DNA from: Squalus acanthias
Lineage: Eukaryota
Reading direction: 5' to 3'
DNA length: 64,000 nt
Assembly (NCBI GenBank): GCA_030390025.1
Contig: CM059432.1
Coordinates: 8,680,001 to 8,744,000 of the forward strand
Part shown: positions 22,748-36,086 of the stretch, piece after piece
How positions within the stretch are numbered: position 1 is the first letter of the stretch
Layout of the letters: each line of letters starts with the position of its first letter
The notes under the pieces: model-generated
What the model saw: only the letters and a program-made list of their open reading frames with translations
What the model was told of the DNA's origin: nothing
Database searches by the model: none
Made by a program: the position numbers and the translations under genes

Positions 22748-23706
22748 AAATAACAACAGAAAATACTGGAAGCACTCAGCAGGCCAGGCAGCATCCGTGG
22801 AGAGAGAAACAGAGTTAACGTTTCAAATCTGGGACCCTTCATCGGAACTGGAAAAGGTTGGAGATGTAACAGATGTTAAGCAGGTGCAGAGGCAGGGAAA
22901 GGGGAGTGGGGGGGGAGGGGAGGAAGGAATTGAAGGAATATTCTGTTCTAGGGTAGGAGGCAGGAGAGATTAAATGTTGCAAATGGGGATGGCAGAATCA
23001 TAAACAGCCTGAAAAATGGGGGCATGGGTTATAGTCTGAAATTGTTGAACTCAATGTTGAGTCCAGAAGGCTGTAAAGTGCCTAATCGAAAGATGAGGTG
23101 CTGTTCCTCGAGCTTACGCTGAGCTTCATTGGAACAGTGTAAGAGGCCGAGGACAGAGAGGTCGGAGTGGGAGTGGAGCGGAGAATTAAAGTGACAAGCG
23201 ACCGGAAGCTCGGGGTCCCCCTTACGGACGGAATGGAGGTGTTCCGCAAAGCGGTTGCCCAATCTGCATTTGGTCTCTCCAATATAGAGGAGACCGCATC
23301 GTGAGCAGTGAGTACTGTATACTAAATTGCAAGAAGTACAAGTAAATCGCTGTTTCACCTGGAAGGGGTGTTTGGGGCCCTGGACAGTGGGAAGGGAGGA
23401 GGTAAAAGGGCAGGTGTTGCATCTCCTGCGCTTGCACGGGAAGGTGCCGGGTGAAGGGGAAGGGCTGGTAGGGGTGATTGAGGAGTGGACCAGGGTGGCG
23501 CGGAGGGAGCGGTCCCTTCGGAATGCTGAACCAGAACCTCCCAGAACCATGATAGGGTTCCCCTTGTCCTCACCTTTCACCCCGCCAGCCTTCACATTCA
23601 ACGGCTCATCTTCCGCCATTTCCGCCATTTCCGCCACCTCCACCGTGATCCCACCACCAAACGCATCTTCCCCTCCCCTCCCCTTTCAGCATTCCGAAGG
23701 GACCGA
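22748..23706 (-). mobile_element. Penelope-like element (second family): GIY-YIG plus pLTR, with an inverted 5' piece at 23531-23706
   Basis: PCKRRRCNTC, NLVYSTHCSRCGLLYIGETK.RL..RFAEH, EEQHLIFRLGTLQPSGLN; mutated hammerhead at 22813-22849. Confidence 0.85.
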
Positions 23707-24199
23707 TGGCACTATTTTGAAGAAGAGCATCACAAAAAACAGATTATCTGGCCATTATCACATTGCTGTTTGTGGGAGCTTGCTGTGTGCAAAATATCTG
23801 CCGCGTTTCCTACATTACAACAGTGACTGCACTCCAAAAGTACTCCATTGGCTGTAAAGTGCTTTGGGATGTTCTGAGATCTTGAAAGGCACGATATGAA
23901 TGCAAGTCTTTCTTTCTTTAACCCTGTCCTCGAAATCCATTCAGTTGGCCACACTGTCCGGGTCCTGTACGTGCTCATTTTACCCTGAACTCACCTCACC
24001 TGGCTGTGGTTTTCATTCATTCTTGGCTCCCCAATGTCATTCAAAATGACTATCTCGGCTCAGAGTTTTCACAGACCTATTTTTGTAAATATTTTGATGC
24101 TGGAAGATCCAAATTCGTTAGCAACTTAAAACAGAACACATACATTTCTCGCGTTTTAAAAACGTTCTTTCCAGAGGCTTCCAGAACCTTCATTGCTTT

Positions 24200-24755
24200 G
24201 CTCCGTTCAGTCCGCAGGCGTGACCCTGAGCTTTCGGTCACTTGCCACTTTCTCCATCCCACTCCCACTCTGACCTCCCTGTCCTCGGCCTCCTACACTG
24301 TTCTAATGAAGCTCGATGCAGGCTCGAGGAGCAGCACCTCATCTTTCCATTCGGCACTTTACAGCCTTGCGGCCTTAACATTGAGTTATAACCACCTCTT
24401 CCATTTTCTGGGACCGCAGGTGCTGGTAATGGTTCTGCTGTAACCATTTACACTCCTCTGGATCCATCTTTTGTTTCTTTACCTGTTCCATTATCACCCC
24501 CTTTCGCCTCACACCACCATCCCTTTTGTCTTTTAATCACTCGTGCCCTCCACCCTATCACAGTCCTTCCCTTTTGTTCTTTCCTCCCCCCTCCCCCAAC
24601 CCCCCACCTTTTCACTGGTTTATAGACTGTTAAATCTCTATCTTCTTCCAGTTCTTATGAAGGGTCATCGGCCTGAAACGCTAACTCTGTTTCTCTCCCC
24701 ACGGGAGCTCCCTGACCTGCTGAGTGTTTGCAGCATTTTCTGTTTTTATTTCATT
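24200..24755 (+). mobile_element. Degraded Penelope 3' end/pLTR
   Basis: Homologous to 22748-23230 (reverse strand); hammerhead core mutated. Confidence 0.75.
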
Positions 24756-25068
24756 ACTTGTCGGGCCGGTACGTAGCGTTTTTTTTTTCTCTAACAAGCT
24801 GTTTAAGAGGGAAAGAGTTCAAAGGTGAATTTTCCTAAATGTACCAGGCAGCAAATAAATTCAATGGTGGCTGTAAATCCTGTAGTACTGCAATTCTCTT
24901 TGGAACATTTGAATTTTCCTGTTGACAGCTCCAAGTCCACAGCACAGGACAACCTAGAATAATTGGCACTAAGATCAAATGTTTTGCTTGAAGACCACAA
25001 AACTCCAAGTTAAAAAAAGGAAGAACGTCTATTTTTATTTTAAGTATTTACTGAGCCAATAATGGAAC

Positions 25069-25170
25069 GTTTCTGACGAAATGTCATCGACCTGAAACGT
25101 TAACCCTGTTTCTCTCTCTCCACAGATGCTGCCTGACCTGCTGAGTGTTTCCAGCATTTTCTGTTTTTTG
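25069..25170 (+). mobile_element. Penelope pLTR fragment with hammerhead core
   Basis: CTGACGAAATGTCATCGACCTGAAACGTTAAC followed by the family tail. Confidence 0.65.
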
Positions 25171-25287
25171 AAATTGTGGAATTGTAGGAATGCATACTGT
25201 TGGGGCCGATGAAAGCTGCCTTTCTTCTGCATCAAACCATTCCTTTCCATAATATTTTTTAAAAGGTGAGAGACTAATAAATATTGG

Positions 25288-26330
25288 TATTCAGAGGGAT
25301 TTGGGGGTCCTTGTACACGAATCACAGAAAGTTAACATGCAGGAACAGCAGGCAATTAGGAAGGCAAATGGTATGTTAGCCTTTATTGCAAAGGGGGTAG
25401 AAGTACAAGAGTAAGGAAGTCTTGCTGTTATTATCTCAGGCTTTGGTGAGACCACACCTGGAGTACTGTGCACAGTTTTGGTCTCCGTACTTAAGGAAGG
25501 CTATACTTGCCTTGAACGGGATACAACAACGGTTCACGGAGTACAACAACGCAGCACCCCGCAAACCCGTGACCTCCACCACCTAGAAGGACAAGGGCAG
25601 CAGGCGCATGGGAACACCACCACCATCTCCAAGTTCCCCTCCAAGTCACACACCATCCTGACTTAGAAGTATATCGCCGATCCTTCATCGTCGCTGAGTC
25701 AAAATCCTGGAACTCCCTCCCTAACAGCACTGTGGGAGTACCTTCACCACACGGACTGCAGCGGTTCAAGAAGGCGGCTCATCACCACCTTCTCAAGGGC
25801 AATTAGGGGTGGGCAATAAATGCTGGCCTTGCCAGCGACGCCCATATCCCATAAACAAATATTAAAAAAAGATTGATTCCTGGGATGAGAGGGCTGTCCT
25901 ACAAGGAGAGATTGAGTAGAATGGGTCTATACTCTCTGGAGTTTAGAAGAATGAGAGGTGATCTCATTGAAATATACAAGATTCTGAGGGGGATTAACAG
26001 GGTAGATGCTGAGAGGCTGTTCACGCTAGCTGCAGAATCTAGAACTAGGGGGCATAGTCTCAGGATAAGGGGTCGGTCATTTAGGACTGAGATGATGTGA
26101 AATTTCTTCACTCAGAGGGTTGCGAATCTTTGCGCCAGAGTGATGTGGCTACTCAGTCTTTGAGTTTATTCAAGAGATCGATAGATTTTTGGGCAGTAAG
26201 GGAGTCAAGCGATATGGGGATAGGGTGGGAAAGTGGAGATGATGTAAAAGTTCAGCCATGATCTTATTGAATGGCGGAGCAGGCTCGAGGGATCGTATGG
26301 CCTACTCCTGCTCCTATTTCTTATGTTCTT
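25288..26330 (+). mobile_element. CR1 3' fragment interrupted by a LINE tail fragment (25541-25870)
   Basis: CR1 motifs on either side; the insert matches the 3' end of the LINE at 37429-39058. Confidence 0.75.
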
Positions 26331-26813
26331 TTCCTCTTTTAGATGAGCACAGAAAAAAACATTGTTAATAAATCACAAAAATAGGAGAAGTGTGAACGCA
26401 CTTTTACCCTGCAACACTCGGCAGAGTGAAGTGTGGAGGAGATAATTTTTGCAGATGTCTCATTGCATAAGAAAAACCCCGATCAGAAATGATATTCACA
26501 AATCCTATCAGGCTGATAGAGATTTTGGAAGGATTTTTTTTTGGTTACAAATCAGAAGAGTTGTGCAAAAGAATTTGTAAATGTCAAGGCCTGTCGAAAG
26601 CATGAAGGATGAACTGACAGCGGAAGCTGCGAATGAATTTGGGACTTGTAAAATGCAAATTCCATATGGTATGGAAGCTGAACAGAAGCTTCAGTGTCTT
26701 CCAAACTATTACAGAAGCAAAATACTGCAGATGCTGGAAATCTGAAATAACAGAGAATGCTGGAGAAACGCTCAGCAAGTCAGGCAGCATCTGTGGAGAG
26801 AGGAAGACAGTTA

Positions 26814-27505
26814 GGGGGAAAAATTCGGTGGCAGCCCCTTTGGGGCGCTAACTTTGCCGGAGCGCTACTTTTAGTGCCCCGCGCCATAAATTCAGTGGTA
26901 GTGCCACAAGCAGGAGGCGGGACGCTGCTGGAAGCGCTCCCCCTCCTTCCTGGGGCACTACCAGTGAATATCGCGGCGCTACGTGCAACAGCGCCACACG
27001 CGTCGGCATGTAGCACCGCGGTATTGCAGGCCTCCCTCCCCTGATCAAAGGGGAGGGGCCTAGCCCAGCGCGCGACGGGGTCCTGCTGGACCACCTGGGG
27101 AGCAAGGTGCCAGGAAAGCAGCCCAGCACTCAAGAGGAGCGCCGTGCTGAGCGATCGCAGCCGGCACCCCGAATAAAAGAGGGGAAGGGGTCAGGTGCTG
27201 GCAGGCGGCCAGAAGAAAAACTGGCCGCCCGACACCTGCCCCTTTAAATACCGCCGCCGCCGCTGCAAAAACGCCCCCGCTGACCCTGTCGGACATAACG
27301 TCTGCCGATAAGTCAGGGGGCGCAGCCGAAGTTTGCGGCTGGGGCGCGAGCGGGGCGCGCACGGTGATGATGTCGTCCCCGGAGGCGCAGCGCCGCGGGG
27401 CGCTACCGGCTACCGCCGCCGCTAACCTCCCGCTGAATTTCGCAGGAGGCGTTAGCGGCGCAGCGCCCGGGCGCTAGGGAACTTGCACCCCGTTAGCGCC
27501 CCCTG
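26814..27505. mobile_element. GC-rich MITE related to 6972-7863
   Basis: Left end GGGGGAAAAATTC after TTA; many (TA)GCGCC motifs; right TIR missing. Confidence 0.65.
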
Positions 27506-28247
27506 TCTTGCAAACTATTGTTTTTTCATTTATGGAGGGACGTTGGAATTTCTAAGGCAGGTACATTTTTGCTTTGCAACAAAATTTTAGTGGAACCACA
27601 TTTTATTTTTGTTTTGCAACAAAAGTTGGGGCTATCCCTGAGATTAGTTTCCAATCGGGACAAACAGCACTTTTGTTTTCGAGTGTATTCACACTGCAGC
27701 TCCACTGGAGGTGGGTCATGACTTGACTCCTGAGAGAAGCCGTGTGAGAGATGCCCTCGTGGATAATTAATTGTCTCACGCCACTTGGATTCGGCCAAAA
27801 ATAAAGCAGTCTGCACATAGAGGCTTGGGTTTCAACTCAAATTGCCACCCAATTTCTGCCAGATGTGGAGCAGTGAACAAAGTAAAATAGGTTCTTCGAG
27901 GTGTAGGTATACACAGACCCTTTAATTTTTAATTTTGGTATATATTAAAATGCTTTGCCAGGCCAAAAGGTTTTTTTTTCGAAGTGAAATAAAGTTGTAA
28001 CAGACTGTCTTTCACTGATAAGTCGACATGGAATGTGCTTTGATGTGCTTTACTAAATGGCAGCAAACACTGGGTGAGCAAATGTGCTTTCAAAAGAAAC
28101 TGTTGCATTTGCAAGCTGCTCTGTGATGGAACTATTTCAAGAGCTGTGTTTCAGATAAGCAGATACTGACAGAACAAATGGTTGTGACTGCAGGGGGTAG
28201 TCATAGACAACACTGATAAACAAACCCCCTTAGGTTTGCAGACTTCA

Positions 28248-28900
28248 GGCGCGATCTTGCCAGCCCTGGGGAGGCGGAACTGCCGGGAAAATGGCAGAAT
28301 TTGGGGGCGTGTGCCCAACCCGCCCTCAACCCGCCTCCGTGCCATCTTGCCAGGAGGCGGGTAGCCGACCCACGCCGGGTCCCGTCTCCTTGGAGCGGAA
28401 GGGGATTAGTGCCACTGATCTGATTATCCCCATTTTACCCACACAAGTGTGGGCTTCCCAAAGGCTGCGAACCGCGCCAGGGTCACCGAGGCGAGCAGTG
28501 GGTCTGCGGGGGTCGGAGGGGTGCAAAAGTGCGCTGTGAAGGTAAGTGATGGGTGCAAGAGTGGAGAGGTGAGTATCTGAGCTAAGTGGAAAGTGTTAGA
28601 AAAAGTTTACTTACCTTTGTTTCTTCCTGCAGGCTTCAATCGTTGGGTATGCGGAGAGTCTCGCATCTCCGCGGCAGAGATGACAGATGGCCGTTGCATT
28701 CTCCAATGCAGCAACCATCTAATTTCTGCTAAAGAAAGAGGTTTGATGAGTCTTGAATTCAAGAATTCATCAAACTACAGAGGATGTCAGTGTTTGACGG
28801 CTTCACAGAGCTGTCAAACGATGACAATTCATCTGTCAAAAATTTTTGAAAGATGAAACGTCATACACTGACGTTCTCTGTAACCGGTTTTCCCTTAATT
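28248..28900 (+). mobile_element. Non-autonomous Harbinger-type element (family of 46039-46741)
   Basis: Collinear with 46039-46580 and, reversed, with 57950-58903. Confidence 0.65.
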
Positions 28901-28919
28901 GGCCTGCTAAGCTCGCTTT

Positions 28920-29170
28920 TTCTTGAAAAAGGGTGTCACATTTGCCACTTTCCAATCCTTAGGCACCTCCCCCACATCTAGGGAAGATTGGAAAATTATG
29001 GCAAGCCCTTCCGCTATCAGCTCCCCCAATTCCCTTAGCAACCTGGGATGCAAGCCATCTGGACGAGGTGACTTGTCCACTCTAAGCATTCCCAGCCTTT
29101 CTCTTACATCCTGTCTATCAATTTTCACCCCTTCCATTGCTTCTACCTTTTCCACTTCATCTGCCATTAT
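28920..29170 (-). mobile_element. CR1 internal fragment
   Basis: DKSPRPDGLHPRLLREL...WKVANVTPFFKK. Confidence 0.8.
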
Positions 29171-29339
29171 CGCCAACAGTACCTTCTACCCTTAACTCTC
29201 AGTGGTCTGGCTATCCCTGATGGATGATGCCACTCACACCAAATGATTAATGATTATAATGCAGTTGCAGCCAGTTTATTGAAGAATAATTTGCTGTTGA
29301 TTGGAGGAATATTCCATTGCTGCTACATATTATGGGGGA

Positions 29340-29765
29340 GATTTAATTGGGTCCCGGTCGCACAATGCCTCGATTTTAAAATTCTCCTCCTTGATTTCAA
29401 ATCCCTCCATGGCCTCACCCCTCCCTATCTCTGTAACCTCCACCAGCCCTACAGCTCTCTGAGATCTCTGCGCTCCTCCAATTCTGGCCTCTTACGCATC
29501 CCCGATTTTCATCACTCCACCATTAGCGGCCGTGCCTTCAGCTGCCTGGGCCCTAAGCTCTGGAATTCCCTCCCTAAACCTCTCCGCCTCTCCACCTCTC
29601 TCTCCTCCTTTAAAACGCTCCTTCAAACCAACCTCTTTGACCAAGGCTTTGGTTGCTGCTCCTCATATCTCCTTAAGTGGCATAGTGTCAAATTTTGCTT
29701 TTGATAATGCCCTGGGACGTTTTACAATGCTAAAGGCGCTATATAAATGCAAATTGTTGTTGTTG
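29340..29765 (+). mobile_element. L2 LINE 3' end
   Basis: W.PV...FKILLL.FKSLHGL.PPYL...GRAFS..GPKLWNSLP; TGT-repeat tail. Confidence 0.85.
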
Positions 29766-30910
29766 AGCATTGCTGCAATGTTCCATCTCACCCTCAGTAA
29801 GCTCCCCGCTGGAGTGGAGCTAATCTACAGAACAAACGGGAAACTGTTCAACCTCCGTCGCCTCCAGTCCAGATCCAAGGTCGTCCCATCCTCTGTCATC
29901 GAATTACAGTATGCAGACGACGCTTGCGTCTGCGCTCACTCAGAGGTCGAACTCCAAACCATCGTCAACACCTTCACCGAAGCGTACGAGAGCATGGGCC
30001 TTACACTAAACATCGTAAGACAAAAGTCCTCTACCAACCTGCCCCCGCCACACAGTACTGCCCCCCGATTATCAAAATCCACGACAAGGCCTTGGACAAC
30101 GTGGACCACTTTCCATACCTCGGGAGCCTACTGTCAACAAGGGCAGACGTCGATGACGAAGTCCAACACTGCCTTCAGTGTGCCAGTGCAGCCTTCGGTC
30201 ACCTGAGGAAGAGAGTGTTTGAAGACCAGGACCTCAAACCCGGCACTAAGCTCATGGTCTACAGAGCAGCAGTGATACCCGCCCTGCTGTATGCCTCAGA
30301 GACATGGACCATGTACAGCAGGCACCTCAAAGCACTGGAGAGGTACCACCAAAGCTGCCTCCACAAGATCCTGCAAATCCATTAGCAGGATAGGCGCACC
30401 AACGTCAGTGTTCTCACTCAGGCCAATATCCCCAGCATCGAAGCTTTGACAACTTTTGATCAGCTCCGATGGACAGGTCACATTGTCCGCATGCCCGATA
30501 CGAGACTCCCAAAACAAGCGCTCTACTCGGAGCTCCGACACAGCAAGAGAGCCCCAGGTGGGCAGAGGAAACGCTTCAAGGACACCCTCAAAGCCTCCTT
30601 GAAAAGTGTAACATCCCCACCGACACCTGGGAATCCCTGGCCCAAGACCGCACAAAGTGGAGGAGAAGCATCCAGCAAGGCGCCGAACACCTGGAGTCTC
30701 TTCGCTGGGAGCAAGTGGAAGCCAAGCGCAGGCAGCGCAAGGAGCGCACGTCAACCCAAGCACCCCACCCACCTGCCCCTTTCAACCACCGTCTGCCCCA
30801 CTTGTGACAGAGACTGTAGGTCCCGCATTGGACTCATCAGTCACCTGCGAACTCATTTTTAATGTGGAAGCAAGTCATCCTCGGTTCCGAGGGACTGCCT
30901 AAGAAGAAGG
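29766..30910 (+). mobile_element. RTE-clade LINE, 5'-truncated
   Basis: YRTNGKLFNLRRL, LQYADD, YLGS, LLYASETW, LRWTGH..RM...RLPK, GGQRKRFKD, C2H2 motif CPTCDRDC..RIGLISHLRTH; AAG tail; 23-bp TSD (29743-29765, 30911-30933). Confidence 0.9.
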
Positions 30911-30998
30911 ATAAATGCAAATTGTTGTTGTTGTTGTTTTCTCTCAGACACAATCAACGGGCGCAGGGAATATCAGGAAATCGGGCATGTGCTTCAGT

Positions 30999-31446
30999 GG
31001 GCTGGATTTTGAATGACCCATGGAGTCGGGTTTGGAGGCGTGTGGGGGGTTAAATTTGCAGGGTCGGGGGTCCCGACCCCATCCCGACTCCATCCCGCCT
31101 CCACGCAATTTTGACAAAATCAGTCGCGGGGTTCCCGATTCCGTCCCGCCTCCAAGAGGCCATTAAAGCCCTTAACAAGCCCTAAATTGGCTCTGTAATG
31201 CCATTTTGAAATGTTTTAGCTAGTTTAACCCTTTTCCGACATGAAGTACACCTGATGTGAAACACTCCAGTGAAACCTGGCGGGAGTACAAGTGGACAGC
31301 TGACTATCAGCTGCAGGTCCACTATTACAACGAGATGTGATGAAGGTAGTCATAGTATTAGGTGTGAAAGTCACCTCTGATGCTGCTGCATTGCATGTCT
31401 TCAGAGACTGGATGGCCTTTGGGAGAGGACTTGGATGCAAAAAAAT

Positions 31447-31486
<40 letters not shown>

Positions 31487-31769
31487 CTCTCTCTCCTTTT
31501 GTATCCAGGATCCTCTCTCACCAACACCCAGACAGTCTCTGAGACCAGGCAGGCAGTCTCTGACCTGCAATGCAGCAGCAATGATGACATCATCAGAGGC
31601 GACTTTCAGACTGAAACTACTAATTAGTTCATTGGTTCCCACATGCTGGAACTCAATTGCCCAATTAAGTGAAAATTGCATCATTCATCCACATTAATCT
31701 GGAGTCGGGGGGGACACACGAAATGCTGATGACACGACCCCAACCCGACCCCTAGACAAAATCCAGCCC
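30999..31769 (+). mobile_element. Harbinger MITE with internal (CT)n
   Basis: TIR GGGCTGGATTTT / AAAATCCAGCCC; both ends homologous to the ends of 59043-62291. Confidence 0.85.
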
Positions 31770-32374
31770 TTGGTCTGTCCAATAGACCCAGCACTCAGGA
31801 GATCCAATGTGCCTGGGCGGGGACCCAGAAAAATCCCCCAGAGATACTTACTGCCTTCTACAAATTCATTCTGGTATATTTGAGAAGCATTAATACATTT
31901 ATTTCCAATGATATTTATTTAATTTAAGTCGTGATCCGTTAGTCGATTCATGCATTTATTTAATCCTTTTTAACATTCTTTTTCTTGATAAAATTGTATT
32001 TTCTAACGTTTGTGTATATTTCAAGTGACGTCTGTAGACTTCAACTTAATGCTGAGTCACTCAAGTGGTAATTTAGGAACATTGGAGACAACTCCTACAG
32101 CAAGTCTTTAAACAGCTGAATAGAAATATTTACTGTCTGAGCTAGGCAACATCAGGAGTGCCTTTGGGTTATCAACATCAATAAATAATAGAATAGTAAA
32201 AACCCAAAGACATTCCCAAGGAGAAAGACATTCAGTCCTACATCATCACTGAATCAATTGACTTAAGCGTGGCTTTCCTCCTGGGACTAATATAACCTAT
32301 ATTCTGCGGGATGCCAACTGATATGACATAGTGGGATATATAATTGGTGTTTGTTGCAGCGATTGTGCTACTTC

Positions 32375-33218
32375 TCCATGGCTCAGTTGGTAGCACTTCT
32401 CGCTTCTGAGCTAGAAAGTTGTGGGTTCATTGTCCCACTCCATGAGACTTGAGCACAGGTTCTCGACTGACACTCCCAGTGCAGTACTGAGGGAGTGCTG
32501 CACTTAATGAGAAATTAAGTCATGGCCCCGTCTGCCCTCTCAGGTGGATGTAAATGATCTTGTGGCACTATTTCGAAAAAGAGCAGGGGACCAACATTTA
32601 TTTCTTAACTTGTCCTATTACCATCTCCTTTTGCCTCGCACCATCATCCCTTTTGTCTCTTAATCTCTCCTGCCTTCCACCCTATCACAGACCTTCCCTT
32701 TTGTTCTTTACTCCCCTCCCCCTTTCCCTGCCCCTGCACTTGCTTAAAAACCTGTTCCATCTCCAGCTTTTTCCAGTTCTGACGAAGGGTCATCGACCTG
32801 AAACGCTAACTCTGTTTCTCTCTCCACAGATGCTGCCTGACCTGCTGAGTACTTCCAGCATTTTCTGTTTTTATCTCAGATTTCCAGCATCCGCAGTATT
32901 TTGCTTTTGTACCAACATTTATCACTCGACCAACACCTAAAAGCAGTTTATTATGGTCACTTAGGGCAATCTCAAGGGCAATTAGGGATGGGCAATTAAA
33001 TGCTGGCCTTGCCAGCGACGCCCACATCCCATGAACGAATAATTTTTTTAAAATTTCATTGCTGTTTGTGGGACCTTGCTGTGCGCAAATTGGCTGCCGC
33101 GTTTCCTACATTACAACAGTGACTACACGTCAAAAAGTACTTCATTGGCTGTAAAGCGCTTTGGAACATCCTGAGGTCATGAAAGGCGCAACAGAAATGC
33201 AAGACTTTCTTTCTTTCT
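32375..33218 (+). mobile_element. Deu-domain SINE interrupted by a Penelope pLTR (~32600-32910; hammerhead-like motif 32775-32811) and a LINE tail
   Basis: tRNA-like head; ACCAACATTTAT duplicated around the pLTR insert; SINE tail at 33057-33218. Confidence 0.7.
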
Positions 33219-33219
33219 A

Positions 33220-33790
33220 ATCACTGGTTGGGCCTCAGCTGGAGTGTTGTGTCCAATTCTGGGCACCGCACTTTAGGAAGGATGTCAAGGCCTTGGAGAG
33301 GGTGCAGAGGAGACTGACCAGAATGGTACCAGAGATGAGGGACATCAGTTATGTGGAGAAAATGGAAACGCTGGGATTGTTCTTCTTCGAGCAGAGAAGG
33401 TTAAGGGGAGATTGAATGGAGGTGCTCAAAATTATGAAGAGTTTTGATAGAATAAATGGGGAGAAACTGTTTCTACGAGCAGGAGGGTTAAAACCAGAGG
33501 ACACAGATTTAAGTTAATTGGCAAAAAAGCCAGGGGGAAGATGAGGAGTTTTTTTTTTTACTCAGCGAGTCGTTGTGATCTGGAATGTGCTGCCTGAAAG
33601 GGAGGAGGAAGCAACTTCAATAATAACTTTCAAAAGGGAAGTGGACAAATACTTTAAAAAAGAAACATTTCCTGGACCATGAGGAAAGAGCAGGTGAGCG
33701 GGTCCAATTGGAGAGCTCTCTCAAAGAGCCGGTACAGGCACGATGGGTCGAATGGCCTCCTTCTGTGTTGTATCATTCTCAGATTCTAAT
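33220..33790 (+). mobile_element. CR1 3' fragment
   Basis: Degenerate RPQLEYCVQFW..ALERVQRR..LRGDL motifs plus tail. Confidence 0.8.
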
Positions 33791-34836
33791 TGCCACAAAT
33801 TTATTTGCACGTTAATTGCGTCTGATTATATTCTGTTTAACGGGATGGTAAAAGTAGCTAAAATATTAACTATTAATCTTAAGTGCTCACCAGAGTTTGT
33901 TGTTACATGATATTCTATTTGTACAAACACAGTTTTACGTCCTGCATTGTCCTGGGCCAGTCAAAGGAATGGCAGCTCTCTGCCTAGGCGTGTGATCTCG
34001 CCAGTACCTGACTGCCTTTTTCCCCAAATGGGCCTAATTTAGTCTGCAGGGCGGGTTGAGAGCAGGAATCCCACTCCTGACTGGTTCTCCGCTGCTGGGC
34101 GGGAGGAACATCTGGTGCAGCTGCAGCACTTTAAAGGCTGCTGCAGCTTAAAGAGTCAGAAGCCCAGCATTTCAATTGGGAACGAGATAGAGAAACAAAA
34201 AAGAGAGGGAGGGAGAGAAAGAGATTTGTGTTGGCAAGCGTCCGGTCCGGGAGAAAATATTAGAGGTTTCACGGAATTGAAACCGAAAGTGCTGGAAATG
34301 CTCAGCAGGTCAGGCAGCTGCTGTGGGGGGAGAAACAGAGTTGACGGGCTGGATTTTGCCAGGCCCGAGGAGGCGAGTTTGGAGGCGTGTGAGGTGGGAA
34401 AGTTGCAAAAAATGGCGGCGGGCTCCAATCCCGCCTCCGAGAAATTTTCCCAGAATCGGGGTTTCAGAGGCGGGATGGGCCTTTAAGGCCCTTAACAACC
34501 AGTTAAGTGCCTCTATAATGCCATTTTGAGAGGCCTTTCTGAATTTAACACCTTTCTCCTGTGCTGCACATCTCCTCTGGAACACGCCAGTTAATCCTGG
34601 TGGCCTCACAAGTGGATGGCTTACTAACAGCTGCAGCTCCACCATTAAAAAAGAGTTTTCACCGAGGATCATTTGCAAGTGGCTGAACTTTGTTTTCTCA
34701 GGTCTGGGAGAGTTTTTAGCAGGTCTACTCATTGTGGAAGTTTTGAAGCTGAGATACATCTCCAGTGTGACCTCCTGGGAAACCCCTCTCCCCACCTTGA
34801 CTGAGCGCTTCCTCAACTGAGGTATATACCAGTAGC

Positions 34837-36086
34837 ATGGCAACCATTTATTTCCTTTTCTCCTGGACATCAGATTCAGACGAAGATCAGCCGCGGCAGC
34901 AGCAGAACCCGGAACAACAGCAGCACCAACAGCTGGAGCAACAACAGGAGCGCCAAGCTGCTGCTCACCCACCTGAAGCTGCACAGGCCAGAAAGCGCCA
35001 GCGCATGGAAGCACGTCGCCGCAGGCGATACCCCCAAAACAGGGTTTACAGACAGAGGATGAGCTACCTCAACATCACTGAGCAGCAGTGCCAAAGGAGG
35101 CTGAGACTTTCGCGAGAGGTAGTGGGTGACATCTGCACAATGCTGCAACAAGACCTGGAGCCCAGAGGAGCGGGTGAACACCCCTTACCATTGGCCGTCA
35201 AAGTCACCACCACACTCAGCTTTTTTGCTTCAGGCTCATTCCAGGGATCAGCAGCAAACATCAGCGGCATCTCCCAGTTGGCCGCACACACTTGCATCAT
35301 GCAGGTAACCGATGCCCTCTTTGCCAATGGGCACAATTACATCAACTTCTCCAAGGATCAGGCAAGTGTAACCACGCGTGCGGTTGGATTTGCTAATCTG
35401 GCAGACTTTCCAAGGGTGCAGGGCATCGTAGACTGCACACATGTGGCCCTTAAGGCACCCCATCACAATCCAGGTATTTTTGTCAACCGCAAGGGCTTCC
35501 ACTCCCTCAAAGTGCAGCTGGTGTGTGACCACAAGAAGGACATTTTGCATGTTTGCACCAAGTACTCTGGCAGTTGCCATGACTCCTTCATCCTGCACCA
35601 ATCTAGTGTGCCTCCGCTCTTCAATCCGCCAGACCAACTTTTCGGATGGCTCCTTGGAGACAAGGGCTATCCCCTGAAGACGTGGTTAATGACACCGTTG
35701 AGGAGCCCATCCAACGAAGCCGAGGAGCGCTACAACTCCAGCCACATTTCCACCAGATCCATCATCGAGCAAACCATCGGCTTGCTGAAGATGCAATTCA
35801 GATGCCTTGATAGATCAGGTGGAGCCCTGCATTACTCAGCAGCCAGGGTCTCCAGAATCGTCGTGGTCTGCTGCGCACTTCACAACATGGCTTGCAGCTG
35901 CCTGAGGTACAAGTGGCTCATCGCATAGCCTCCTCAGATGAGGATGAGGATGATGATGAGGAGGAGGAGGAGGAGGAGAGCGACAACGAGCAGCTTGCGG
36001 AGGCGCATCAACCAACGGCAGCAGCACACAAGCACATTGCTGTCCGGGATGCAAGGGACGCACTCAACTTGGCCAGATTTGCTTAG
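34837..36086 (+). pseudogene. Harbinger DDE transposase (HARBI1-like family), one late frameshift
   Basis: 363-aa ORF with [50 protein letters not shown]. The acidic tail and RDAL...F* lie in another frame (35892-36086). Confidence 0.9.

Larger units (their letters stand above)
20452..23918 (+). mobile_element. tRNA-derived Deu-domain SINE split by ~3 kb of nested CR1 and Penelope (head 20452-20647, tail 23707-23918)
   Basis: A-box TGGCTCAGTGG and B-box-like GGTCGAAGTCC; the body resumes at ATGGCACTATTT after the inserts. Confidence 0.7.

Noticed and set aside
34837..35928. Host HARBI1 gene
   Set aside because: Lies next to a TIR, has paralogous defective copies in the window and carries a frameshift, so it is a transposon copy.
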